The translations under genes were made by a program, and so were the position numbers. The notes under the pieces are model-generated. The model saw only the letters and a list, made by a program, of their open reading frames with translations, had not been told where the DNA came from and searched no databases. Source: Planctomycetota bacterium (lineage in GTDB: Bacteria; Planctomycetota; GCA-002687715; DRQF01). From it: a DNA stretch of 64,000 nt. Shown piece by piece: positions 9,864-18,760 of this stretch. Positions within the stretch are counted from its first letter, which is position 1; each line of letters opens with the position of its first letter. The stretch covers positions 18,711 to 82,710 of the forward strand of contig JAZGFI010000113.1 in NCBI GenBank assembly GCA_036479435.1, written 5' to 3'.

Positions 9864-10730
9864 ATGAACCAAGACCACGACGGGGCGATTGACCCCACGC
9901 GTCCGCTCGACTTTCTGGGGTGTCCGGCCCATGAGATTCAAGATTGGGACGGCGCCCGACGAGAGCTCCTGGCTGCGGCTGGCGATCGCAATCTGGCTGG
10001 TGCGTACCTTGCTGGCGCCGATCTGAGCGGAATCGACTTCAGCAGTTTCGACTTGCAACGCGCCGATCTCAGAAGAGCCCGGCTTAGTGGTGCGCGCTTG
10101 CAAGAAACCCGCCTTTTGCTGGCTGATCTTAGGCATTGCGATCTCAGTCGAACGGAAGGTGAATCGCTGGACCTGAAAGGTGCGAAACTAGCTGGAGCCA
10201 ATCTTGAGTTGGCAGTGCTACCTGCGGCCGAGTTGGCCGAGGCCCAGGCGAATGGGGCCGTCTTTCGCTACGCACTCCTCGAGGGGCTGCATGCGATGAA
10301 CGCTAACTTGGAGGGAGCGACTTTTGAGGGAGCGAGCCTGCAGCGGTCTGACTTCAGTGGCGCTCAGCTTGAGGGAGCAAGCTTTCGTAATGCTGATCTC
10401 AACTTCGTCGTCGCGGCAGAGACGTCTTGCCAAAAAGTTGACTTCCAAGATGCCTTCATGGCGCACGGTGATTTTAGCGATTGCGCCATGATCGAAGTCA
10501 ATTTTGGCGGCACAGACCTGAAGGAGACTCTTTTTTGTGGCTGTGATTTTCGCAAAAGCAGGTTCTACGCTGCCCTGGTACACGAGGCCTCGTTTGATCG
10601 CTGCGAATTCGAAGGAGCTGACTTCAAAGGCACCGAAGTCAACACGAAACGATTCAAGGCTTGCGACCTTTCTAAAGCAATCCTCCCCAAAGCAGATGCT
10701 GATCCAGGAAAATTTGATCTGAACGCATGA
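9864..10730 (+). CDS. Pentapeptide-repeat protein
   Basis: Long runs of A(D/N)LxG-type pentapeptides (GADLSGIDFSSFDLQRADLRRARLSGARLQETRLLLADLRHCDLSR...). ATG at 9864 preferred over TTG at 9849. The stop overlaps the truA start (ATGA). Confidence 0.85.
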   Translation: MNQDHDGAIDPTRPLDFLGCPAHEIQDWDGARRELLAAAGDRNLAGAYLAGADLSGIDFSSFDLQRADLRRARLSGARLQETRLLLADLRHCDLSRTEGESLDLKGAKLAGANLELAVLPAAELAEAQANGAVFRYALLEGLHAMNANLEGATFEGASLQRSDFSGAQLEGASFRNADLNFVVAAETSCQKVDFQDAFMAHGDFSDCAMIEVNFGGTDLKETLFCGCDFRKSRFYAALVHEASFDRCEFEGADFKGTEVNTKRFKACDLSKAILPKADADPGKFDLNA

Positions 10731-11512
10731 TGAAGCCCGCAGCCGAGGTTCTTCGACAAAAAGCGCCGCGCAACCTCAAGATCGTTCTCGAGTACGACGG
10801 CCGCGCGTATGTCGGATGGGAACGCCAAAAGAACGGGCCGGGAATTCAGACTCTGATAGAGGATGCCATTCAGAATATCACCCGTGAACGGACGACCGTC
10901 AATGGTTCCGGCCGCACCGACGCGGGGGTTCATGCACTCGGCCAGGTCGCGAGTTTTACCCTACAGAACAGAATCGGCAGCGCCGACCTCCATCGCGCAC
11001 TCAATGCAGTGTTGCCAGATGATGTCGTCATCAAGACGCTTGAAGAAGTGAGCTTATTTTTTCATGCGCGATTTTCGGCGAAAAGTAAAAGCTACCGCTA
11101 TCGCATCCTGAATTCGAGAATTGCTCGCCCGCTTGACCGTCATCTTTACTGGCAAGTGTTTCCCCCTCTGGATATTCCAAAAATGCAGGAGGCTGCGACG
11201 CTCATCGAAGGTCGTCGTGACTTCGCTGCTTTTTGCAAAGAACCTGGGCGCTACGATACTTGCGTTCGGGATCTCATGAAGCTGTCCGTCACAAAAATTG
11301 ATGACGACATCCTTGTTGAGGCTCGCGCCGATGGCTTTCTCTACAACATGGTGAGAATCCTAGTGGGGACGCTGGTTTACGTCGGCCTCGGAAAAATCGA
11401 GGCTTCTGGTATTGCCGAGATTTTCGAAAGTGGTGATCGAAATTTAACGGGTCCGACAGTTCCTGCATGCGGGTTGGCGCTTCACAGGGTATTCTATGAG
11501 GTCGAGCGTTAG
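10727..11512 (+). CDS. truA: tRNA pseudouridine(38-40) synthase TruA
   Basis: KIVLEYDGRAYVGWERQ...GSGRTDAGVHALGQVASF (catalytic Asp motif), 261 aa. Confidence 0.9.
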   Translation: MMKPAAEVLRQKAPRNLKIVLEYDGRAYVGWERQKNGPGIQTLIEDAIQNITRERTTVNGSGRTDAGVHALGQVASFTLQNRIGSADLHRALNAVLPDDVVIKTLEEVSLFFHARFSAKSKSYRYRILNSRIARPLDRHLYWQVFPPLDIPKMQEAATLIEGRRDFAAFCKEPGRYDTCVRDLMKLSVTKIDDDILVEARADGFLYNMVRILVGTLVYVGLGKIEASGIAEIFESGDRNLTGPTVPACGLALHRVFYEVER

Positions 11513-11658
11513 CCACATGCCGACGTCGAAGTTTGAACGGCCAATGGTTGTTGTCCTTCGACGCCAGTGTGGGCCGACACATTGTCAACCCGGTTGCCGG
11601 CGTCCCCTTTGATCACCGCCCATCGCGAATCCCAGGGGCTTCGGAGTTAGGAGTGCTC

Positions 11659-11964
11659 GTGGACCTTGTCATTAGCCGTCTTCACACCAAGTCAACTTTG
11701 CCCCATCTCAAAGCGCATATTGAGGAGAAACTCGAACGTCTTTCGAGGTGGATGGACCACCTGCACAAAGCCACGGTCATCCTCGATGACGGTGGCCATC
11801 AACACAGCGTCGAGATCTGCGTTTCGGTTGACGGGGGACCACGGCTAGTGGGGCACGCCGAATCCGATGATTGGCTTGAAGCCGTCAACCAGGCGGAGTC
11901 GAAACTTGAAACTCAAATCAGGAGGTTTCAAGATCGCAGGCGTACCAAGTCGCGCGTTCACTGA
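11659..11964 (+). CDS. hpf: Ribosome hibernation promoting factor / RaiA family, short form
   Basis: VDLVISRLHTKSTLPHLKAHIEEKLERLSRW...ATVILDDGGHQHSVEICVSV...AVNQAESKLETQIRRFQDRR matches the HPF/sigma-54 modulation protein layout. GTG at 11659 is preceded by AGGAG (11649-11653). The ORF-track start at 11533 is probably too far upstream. Confidence 0.78.
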   Translation: MDLVISRLHTKSTLPHLKAHIEEKLERLSRWMDHLHKATVILDDGGHQHSVEICVSVDGGPRLVGHAESDDWLEAVNQAESKLETQIRRFQDRRRTKSRVH

Positions 11965-12003
11965 GCTTCACCTCCTTGTGGCCAACGATGAGTTGGATCA
12001 GAG

Positions 12004-12035
12004 CGACGGCAGGGATGGGTCCTCGCCGTCGTTTT
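12004..12035 (+). terminator. Hairpin + TTTT after hpf
   Basis: cgacggcagg / cct(c)gccgtcg stem with a 7-nt loop, followed by TTTT (12032-12035). Confidence 0.45.
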
Positions 12036-12096
12036 GCGCTCCGCGGCAATCCGTGGTCGAATTGCCGATTTGGCGCTGATTAACTACGCTACGCAC

Positions 12097-13077
12097 ATGA
12101 GCAATCCGACCGCCAACAAGAAAGTGATAGCCATTGGCGGTGGCGCTGGCCTCCATGGCCTGCTTCAAGGCTTGATGGCCTACGATCTCGACTTGACCGC
12201 CATCATCACGGTGGCAGACGATGGAGGTAGTTCGGGCCGAATCCGCAAGGACTTCAACATTCCACCTCCAGGCGACATTCGCCGTTGCCTCGTTGCGCTC
12301 TCAAAGGCAGATCCTCTTATTGCTGATCTCTTCGAGTATCGATTCAAAAAGGGATCATTAAAGGGACATAGTTTCGGCAACTTGTTCATTGCGGTATTGG
12401 CCGAGTTGTCGGGCGATTTTCGGCAAGCGCTCGAGCGCGCCCGTACTTTGCTGAGTGTCGATGGCGCCGTTATTCCCGCCACAGATGTCAAAGTCGTTCT
12501 CGTGGCGGATCACCCCGATGGCAGCAAGAGTACCGGTGAGCAGGCTATTTCGCGCTCCAGCAAGCCCATCCAGTCTTTGAGCCTCGTTCCTCGTCCTCCT
12601 AAAGTGTCGGCAGAGATCTGCGAAGCGATTGCTGCGGCCGATCTCATTTGCTTGGGCCCCGGCTCTCTTTATACGAGCATCATGCCCAACCTCTTAGTCC
12701 CAGGTCTCGTTGCCGCGATCAACCGGGCTGACGCCAAGGTCTTGTTTGTGGCAAACCTCCTCACCCAACCCGGTGAAACGGATGATTTTGATCTCGAGAG
12801 TCATCTGCGAGCCTTCGATAGACTTGAGCAACCTCTCCAGCTCGACGAAGTCATGATCCACGATGATGACATTGACTTGGCCACCAAGGACACCGGTTAC
12901 GGTGACTTGGCAAAAGTCGTGTTGCCGAGAATGTCGGCGACCAGGAAGGGCCCGCAACTCATACGGCGCCCCTTGGTTGCGTCGGGTCGCAAGGTTCGGC
13001 ATGATCCCGCCAAGCTTGCTCGAGCTATCCGGGCGAGGCTGGTGGACGAGGAAACCGGGCGCGAGGCCACTCTTTGA
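12097..13077 (+). CDS. yvcK: YvcK / CofD-like (UPF0052) gluconeogenesis-factor family protein
   Basis: KKVIAIGGGAGLHGLLQGL...AIITVADDGGSSGRIRKDFNIPPPGDIRRCLVAL. ATG at 12097. Confidence 0.85.
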   Translation: MSNPTANKKVIAIGGGAGLHGLLQGLMAYDLDLTAIITVADDGGSSGRIRKDFNIPPPGDIRRCLVALSKADPLIADLFEYRFKKGSLKGHSFGNLFIAVLAELSGDFRQALERARTLLSVDGAVIPATDVKVVLVADHPDGSKSTGEQAISRSSKPIQSLSLVPRPPKVSAEICEAIAAADLICLGPGSLYTSIMPNLLVPGLVAAINRADAKVLFVANLLTQPGETDDFDLESHLRAFDRLEQPLQLDEVMIHDDDIDLATKDTGYGDLAKVVLPRMSATRKGPQLIRRPLVASGRKVRHDPAKLARAIRARLVDEETGREATL

Positions 13078-13364
13078 GCGCTAAGACCGCGGTTAAGATC
13101 GTCATGATCTGCAACGAGCAGGGTCTGCACGCGCGCCCTTCGTCGGCATTGATCAAGGTCGCGCAGGAATTCGAGTCGGCCATACTGATTCGAAACCTTA
13201 GCGCCGGAACTGAGGCCGATGGGAAATTTCTCCTTGAGGTGATGACGCTGGCCGCGGCCAAGGGCACCGAACTCGAAATCTCCGCAGAAGGCTGCGACGC
13301 CGACGATGCGGTCCTGGCCTTGGCCCAGCTCATTTCCGGTGGATTCGGAGAATTCGGATCCTAG
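13074..13364 (+). CDS. ptsH: HPr/NPr-type phosphocarrier protein
   Basis: Active-site GLHARPSS. TTG start overlaps the yvcK stop (TTGA). The regulatory-Ser position reads K-F. Confidence 0.85.
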   Translation: MSAKTAVKIVMICNEQGLHARPSSALIKVAQEFESAILIRNLSAGTEADGKFLLEVMTLAAAKGTELEISAEGCDADDAVLALAQLISGGFGEFGS

Positions 13365-13428
13365 GGAGCAGGGCCGTAGTGGAAGACTCGGCAAGACAGG
13401 ACCCTCGGCCCCGGAGCCCATAGCTCGC

Positions 13429-15141
13429 ATGCAAATCCTACACGGACAAAAAGTCTCGGACGGCATCGTGATTGGACGTGCGACCATCATGACTTCTCAC
13501 GAGGTCAAGGTGAAAGAGGCACGGGTTCAACCGAGCAAGATCAACACTGAGATCCGCAAGTTTCGCCGGGCCGTTGCGCGCACCGAGGGCGACATTCGCC
13601 AACTTCTTGAGGCCCACGATGAGAGCTTGGTCGATGTTCGTCAGATCATCGAAACCTCACTTCATTTTTTGAACGACGTGTTTTTGACGGGCGCTATCGA
13701 AGACAAGATTAAGAACGAGCAGTTCACGGCGGCATACGCTGTCAGTTGCACCATCGCGGAAATGGCAGAACGTCTGCAAGCGATCGACAACCCGATATTC
13801 TCTAGCAAAGTCTCAGACATGATCGACTTAGAGCACCGCCTGTTGAATCACCTCGTTGGCGGGGGACTCGGTCAAATCCCGAAGCTGGATAGACAATCCA
13901 TCATCATTGCCGATGACATGACTCCCACGCAGGCCGCGTCCTTGGACCGAGAGAAGGTCCTGGCTTTTGCGACCGAAAGGGGGAGCTGGGCTTCCCACAC
14001 GGCGATCTTGGCGCGAGCTCTCGGCATTCCGGCCGTCGTTGGCGTCCCCGGTGTTTCGACGGCGGCGACTTTGGGTTCAACGATCATTATCGACGGCTTC
14101 GAGGGTATCGTGATCGTCGACCCCGACGCCAAAGAGATTGAGAAGTATCGAAGCCTCCGGCGCCGGATGCGACGTCGTTCTATTACGTCAACTCAAACGC
14201 GAAACCTCAAGGCCGTCACCCTCGATGGTGAGCACTGCCGTTTGCTCGGCAACATCGAGACCAAAGCTGATGTGCCCCGTGTTCTTGAATTCGGCGGCGA
14301 CGGCGTCGGGTTGTTTCGAACGGAGTTCTTGTTTTTGGGCAAGTCGGCCAGCCTTAGCGAGGAACAGCAATTCGAGGTCTATCGAGAGGCTGCCATTGGC
14401 ATGGAGGGGAAGCCTTTCACGATTCGCTCGATTGATTTCGGTGGCGACAAGTTTCACGGCCACAGCCAGCAAGACCGCGAGCCGAACCCGTTTATGGGAG
14501 AGCGCGCGATTCGCATCTCGCTTAGACAGCCGGAGTTCTTTCGAACTCAGCTTCGGGCCGTCCTGCGAGCGGCGCTCCACGGAGACGTCAAACTGATGTT
14601 TCCGATGATCATGGATGTTGGAGAGTTTCGCCGCGCCAAAAAGGAACTCGAAAAAGCCAAAGAAGAACTCGACGAACGCGGCGTCGAATACCGTCGTGAT
14701 ATGCCGGTGGGCGTCATGATCGAGCTGCCATCGGCTGCCTTGTGTGCAGAGGATTTTGCGAAAGAAGTCGACTTCTTCAGCATTGGAACCAACGACTTGA
14801 CGCAATACACCTTGGGCGTCGACCGCACGAACCACCGAGTTGCTTCGCTCTACGCTTCGCACCATCCTGCAGTCTTGAGGTTGATTCGCCTTATCGCCAA
14901 AGCTGCCGCGAATCGGAATCTCTCGGTCGGAGTTTGCGGCGAGATGGCCGGGGACCCCCTTTGTGTGCCCTTGCTCTTGGGTATGGGTATCAATCGCTTC
15001 AGTGTTTCTGCGCCACAGATTCCCATCGTCAAAAAGAAACTGCGTTCACTCTACCTTTCGCACTGCATTCGACTGGCGAAGCAGGCGCAACGCGCGAGTG
15101 ATGCCGACGAAGTACTGAGGCTCATTGAGCGCGGCGTCTGA
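13429..15141 (+). CDS. ptsI: Phosphoenolpyruvate-protein phosphotransferase (PTS enzyme I), no GAF domain
   Basis: MQILHGQKVSDGIVIGRA..., phospho-His region GSWASHTAILARALGIPAVVG, C-terminal PEP-utilising region FFSIGTNDLTQYTLG. ATG at 13429 chosen so that it does not overlap ptsH. Confidence 0.9.
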   Translation: MQILHGQKVSDGIVIGRATIMTSHEVKVKEARVQPSKINTEIRKFRRAVARTEGDIRQLLEAHDESLVDVRQIIETSLHFLNDVFLTGAIEDKIKNEQFTAAYAVSCTIAEMAERLQAIDNPIFSSKVSDMIDLEHRLLNHLVGGGLGQIPKLDRQSIIIADDMTPTQAASLDREKVLAFATERGSWASHTAILARALGIPAVVGVPGVSTAATLGSTIIIDGFEGIVIVDPDAKEIEKYRSLRRRMRRRSITSTQTRNLKAVTLDGEHCRLLGNIETKADVPRVLEFGGDGVGLFRTEFLFLGKSASLSEEQQFEVYREAAIGMEGKPFTIRSIDFGGDKFHGHSQQDREPNPFMGERAIRISLRQPEFFRTQLRAVLRAALHGDVKLMFPMIMDVGEFRRAKKELEKAKEELDERGVEYRRDMPVGVMIELPSAALCAEDFAKEVDFFSIGTNDLTQYTLGVDRTNHRVASLYASHHPAVLRLIRLIAKAAANRNLSVGVCGEMAGDPLCVPLLLGMGINRFSVSAPQIPIVKKKLRSLYLSHCIRLAKQAQRASDADEVLRLIERGV

Positions 15142-15435
15142 TTTTTTTTTGATCTGACCTCGAGCCTCTGTACCCAGCTTGGGATCCGGCCTGGGTTTTT
15201 ACCCAATCGTCGCAAGTAGCGCGCTTCACTCTCTTTTGTCTGCCCGCCTTCTGTCGTCACTCCGGCGGTTCCGCATTTTCATGCGGTCATTCGACTTCGT
15301 CCCCGCCCTTTAACGCTGAAGATAGTCCCAGTGGGTTCATCCAGGTTAAAGCCGGTCGACAGTCCCTGACGATTGTCGTGTATCGCCGTGTACGGATTCT
15401 GTATGGGCCGGTCCGAGCCGGCAGGGGAGAGATTC

Positions 15436-16464
15436 ATGTTTCAAGGGAAGAGTGTTGTCGGTCTCGACATCGGCAACAGCGCTGTGAAAGCCATCGAGCT
15501 GACCAAGTCCGGCCAAAGTTATCGGGTCACTGGATACGCCCAGATTGACTTTCCCTCCGGTGAAATGGAGGCCAAAATCTCCGCTGTTTCGCAGTTGATG
15601 AAAGAGGCCGGATTCAGGTCAAAAAAGGTCTCCACGAACATCTCGGGGAAGACGGTCATCATTCGTTACCTCAACATGGTGGCGATGGATGACGGCGAGT
15701 TGCGAAACGCCATCCGTTTTGAGGCGGAGAAGTTTGTCCCCGTTAGCCTGGACGAGTGCGTGCTAGATTGCCAGCGCCTCGAGGGGATCGACGGCGATTC
15801 TCCCTCGGAATCCAACGTGGTGTTGGTCGCCGCCGAGAAGTCACTTCTGAACCAGCAGATTGCGATCGTTCAGAAAGCCGGCTACACACCCGAAGTGATC
15901 GACGTCGATGCGTTCGCGATTGGCAACGCCTACAAGCTCTTCGTCGAGCAGGCCGGCGATATCGACGGATCGTCACTGGGAGCCATGGCCTTTGTGGATG
16001 TTGGCGCGACCAAGACCACCGTCAACATCATGGTCTCAAGCTGCCCGGTCTTCACCCGCGAGATCTACCTTGGTGGTGCGGATATGACGGCATCGATTGC
16101 CCGTCAGCTTGGCCTCGATGAACCTCACGCCGAAGCGCTCAAACGCTGCCCTGGCGACAAGTTCGAGGAGGTCCAGAACGCGGTCTTCCCGACGCTGGAC
16201 GACCTCGGCAATGAGCTTCAACTCTCATTCGACTACTTCGAGGGCCAAAATAACGCGAGCATCGAACGCGTGTTCGTTTCCGGCGGTGCGTCGCGAATGA
16301 GCTTCTTTTGCGAGTCGTTGTCGAAGATCTGTGAGAAGCCGGTCGAAGTGTTCAATCCCTTCACCGGAATTCAGGTCGATGATGACATCGACCAAGAGCT
16401 GCTGGTCAGCGCCGGAACTCAGTTTGTCGTTGCCGTGGGACTCGCGGCTCGCATGGGACAATAA
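15436..16464 (+). CDS. pilM: Type IV pilus assembly protein PilM (actin-like ATPase fold)
   Basis: MFQGKSVVGLDIGNSAVKAIEL...FVDVGATKTTVNI...VFVSGGASRM. SD GGGGAGA upstream of ATG 15436. Confidence 0.85.
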   Translation: MFQGKSVVGLDIGNSAVKAIELTKSGQSYRVTGYAQIDFPSGEMEAKISAVSQLMKEAGFRSKKVSTNISGKTVIIRYLNMVAMDDGELRNAIRFEAEKFVPVSLDECVLDCQRLEGIDGDSPSESNVVLVAAEKSLLNQQIAIVQKAGYTPEVIDVDAFAIGNAYKLFVEQAGDIDGSSLGAMAFVDVGATKTTVNIMVSSCPVFTREIYLGGADMTASIARQLGLDEPHAEALKRCPGDKFEEVQNAVFPTLDDLGNELQLSFDYFEGQNNASIERVFVSGGASRMSFFCESLSKICEKPVEVFNPFTGIQVDDDIDQELLVSAGTQFVVAVGLAARMGQ

Positions 16465-16468
16465 GGCC

Positions 16469-17188
16469 ATGATGAAGATCAACCTACTTCCGAGTGAATA
16501 CCGAAAGGCCGAACGGACGCCTTTCATTATTCTTCTGCCGATACTGGCGGGGCTCATCTGTGTGCTCTCAGCTGGTGCCGTCGCGGGCTATGTCAAGTTT
16601 TCTTGGCGAGCTGAGGTGGAGGCCGAACGGGTCCAGCTACAAGGTCAGATGCGTCAGAAACAACCGCGCCTGAACTACAACGCTAGCCTCTTGAAAGAGG
16701 AAGCCGAGTACAAAAAACAGGCCGAGACCATCTCCAAGATCGCCTCCAGTCGCATCCTCATGACCAAAAAGCTCGATGAGCTTTGCAACTTGATTGCGGA
16801 AGGCGATGCCGGACAGCACGGGGGCTACATGGTTTGGGTCGAGCAGCTGAAGACCAAGCCGGCGAAGAGGAAGCGCGGCAGGAAGAAGAAGGGCCCTCAG
16901 CCCGCCGGTGAACTCAGCTTTAGCGGATATGTGTTGGCGAACAACGCACCGCTTCAGGACTTCAACCGCTTTCACCGTGCCATCAAAGATAGTGAGATGT
17001 ACCGCGAACAGTTTATGGGGATCAACGATCCGAAGGGTTCCGTAACGGAATTCACCGATGACAAGGTCCCCACTAAGGGCTGGAGTTTCGCGCTTAGCGC
17101 GGACATGACAGACCCTGCGGAAATCATGAAAACAAGAGCGAAAAAGCGACTCGAGGCGAAGAAGGAGGCCCGTCGCAAGCGCAAGTAA
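16469..17188 (+). CDS. pilN: PilN-like pilus assembly protein with basic C-terminal tail
   Basis: MMKINLLPSEYRK + TM FIILLPILAGLICVLSAGAVAG. Starts 5 nt after the pilM stop. Lys/Arg-rich stretches (KPAKRKRGRKKKG; KKRLEAKKEARRKRK). Confidence 0.65.
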   Translation: MMKINLLPSEYRKAERTPFIILLPILAGLICVLSAGAVAGYVKFSWRAEVEAERVQLQGQMRQKQPRLNYNASLLKEEAEYKKQAETISKIASSRILMTKKLDELCNLIAEGDAGQHGGYMVWVEQLKTKPAKRKRGRKKKGPQPAGELSFSGYVLANNAPLQDFNRFHRAIKDSEMYREQFMGINDPKGSVTEFTDDKVPTKGWSFALSADMTDPAEIMKTRAKKRLEAKKEARRKRK

Positions 17189-17211
17189 GCGCGGCGAAGG
17201 GGAGATTAGAC

Positions 17212-18648
17212 GTGATCAAGCTGAATCTAAATCGCAAGAAGAAGGCCTGGCTCATTGCCGGTGTGTCCTTTGTCATGGTCCTGGGTTGTGCGGGCGTCGT
17301 TTGGACGGACCACGGCGCAATCGAGGAAGAACAATCAAGAATCGGGAAGCTCAAGAGTGAGATTTTGAGTGCTGACGCGACGATCGCCAAGATCAAGACC
17401 GTCGAAGACCGAGTCTTGTCCGAGCGCGTTCGAGTCAAGGAGTACACCAAGATTCTCCCGCTCGACAAAGACATCAACAACTTCGTTGATCGAATCACCG
17501 AGTTCGAAGCTGCGGCCAAGGTCGAGATTAGCACTCTTGACGACAAGAGCGCCCGCAACCGCAACAAGAAGAAGTCGAAGGATGCCTTCATCCGCATCGG
17601 CTACAAGATGAACGTGACGGCGACCATCGGCCAGCTTCTCGAGTTCATGCACTTGTTCGAATCCTACGACCGTTTCGTCACGGTGAAGGAGTTCAACATC
17701 AAGGGTGCAAACCCCGTCGAACTCGCGGACGGCACGCTCATTCCCGCGCGACATGGCGTCGGACTGACGCTCGAGACCTACGTTTACAAACCGACGAATG
17801 CGATGAAACAACCGGTCAAGATCGTCAATGCCGACGAGCGCATGTTGGGCATATCGGAATCGCTCGGACTCGCGAAGGGCCTGGAGTTGGATGCTTACGC
17901 CTATGAGGAGCGCCCGAATCGCAGAGACCCCTTCTCGAATCCGCGCCATCTGATCGAAGAACAGACGGGTAGTGGCGAAGGTGCCGAGATTGCCGAGCAA
18001 GAGGAAGTCCTCGACGAGCTCGTAACCGAATTCAACGCGATCCGGGAACAGCTCAAATCGGAAACGAAAGAGGAAGATCTCGTCGTCAAGTACGAGCTGT
18101 CGCGTCGACTGGATGCGCGCCTTGGAGAACTCCGAGATCGCGTCACCGCTTTGGACATTGACAAGTTCTTTAGCTCGCCCGAAGCCCGCCAACGCTACCG
18201 ACGAGAAGTCGGCGATCCTTTGTCCGAATTGCTCAAAGAGCGACTCGGTGCCGACTTGGAGTTGATGCCTCTCGACGAAGTAAAGTCCCAGTATACTCGG
18301 ATGCAAGACAGCTTCGACAAGGAGCAGTTCACCGATACGATCGCTTTGGGCCAGACACTCATGAAGTCTCGAGTCGAAGGTATGCCCGACGAACTCAACG
18401 AGGCATTCGAAGAGGTCTTGGCGCTGATTGAGCGAGCTCAAATCCGAATCGACTTCGACCAGATCGAAATGGTGTTCAACGGCCTGGTCGTCCCCGGTGG
18501 TGACGAATCGAAGTCCATCGTGATTATCAACGGCCGTGCCTACAGTCCCGGTGATGAATATGCCGAAGGTTTGACTGTGAAGGAAGTTCGGTCGTCGGGC
18601 ATTCGATTCCTCTATCGAGGGGAGAGGATCACCCGAACTCTCGACTGA
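17212..18648 (+). CDS. PilO-like protein fused to an acidic coiled-coil and a PilP/GspC-HR-like C-terminal beta domain
   Basis: GTG start. TM AWLIAGVSFVMVLGCAGVVW, PilO-like FIRIGYKMNVTATIGQLLEFMHLFESYDRFVTVKEFNIKG. C-terminus SIVIINGRAYSPGDEYAEGLTVKEVRSSGIRFLYRGERI. Confidence 0.55.
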   Translation: MIKLNLNRKKKAWLIAGVSFVMVLGCAGVVWTDHGAIEEEQSRIGKLKSEILSADATIAKIKTVEDRVLSERVRVKEYTKILPLDKDINNFVDRITEFEAAAKVEISTLDDKSARNRNKKKSKDAFIRIGYKMNVTATIGQLLEFMHLFESYDRFVTVKEFNIKGANPVELADGTLIPARHGVGLTLETYVYKPTNAMKQPVKIVNADERMLGISESLGLAKGLELDAYAYEERPNRRDPFSNPRHLIEEQTGSGEGAEIAEQEEVLDELVTEFNAIREQLKSETKEEDLVVKYELSRRLDARLGELRDRVTALDIDKFFSSPEARQRYRREVGDPLSELLKERLGADLELMPLDEVKSQYTRMQDSFDKEQFTDTIALGQTLMKSRVEGMPDELNEAFEEVLALIERAQIRIDFDQIEMVFNGLVVPGGDESKSIVIINGRAYSPGDEYAEGLTVKEVRSSGIRFLYRGERITRTLD

Positions 18649-18760
18649 TACGAGGCTGAGCTTCCTGGTCGATTCGCCGAATGCGGCGGTTCTCGTCGAA
18701 TTTTGACGAAGCCGCCGTGTCGGCGTTTTGAAAGAAGAGGGAAACAGGAGGCTTCAAGCC

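Noticed and set aside
13306-13428. An N-terminal extension of the ptsI ORF overlaps the ptsH 3-prime end. The same kind of extension appears at 2827-3090, 11533-11658, 12034-12096, 15373-15435, 16331-16468 and 18728-18760.
   Set aside because: The extensions are Arg/Ser/Pro-rich with no family similarity. The internal starts chosen have SD-like sequences or begin exactly at the conserved N-terminal family motifs.
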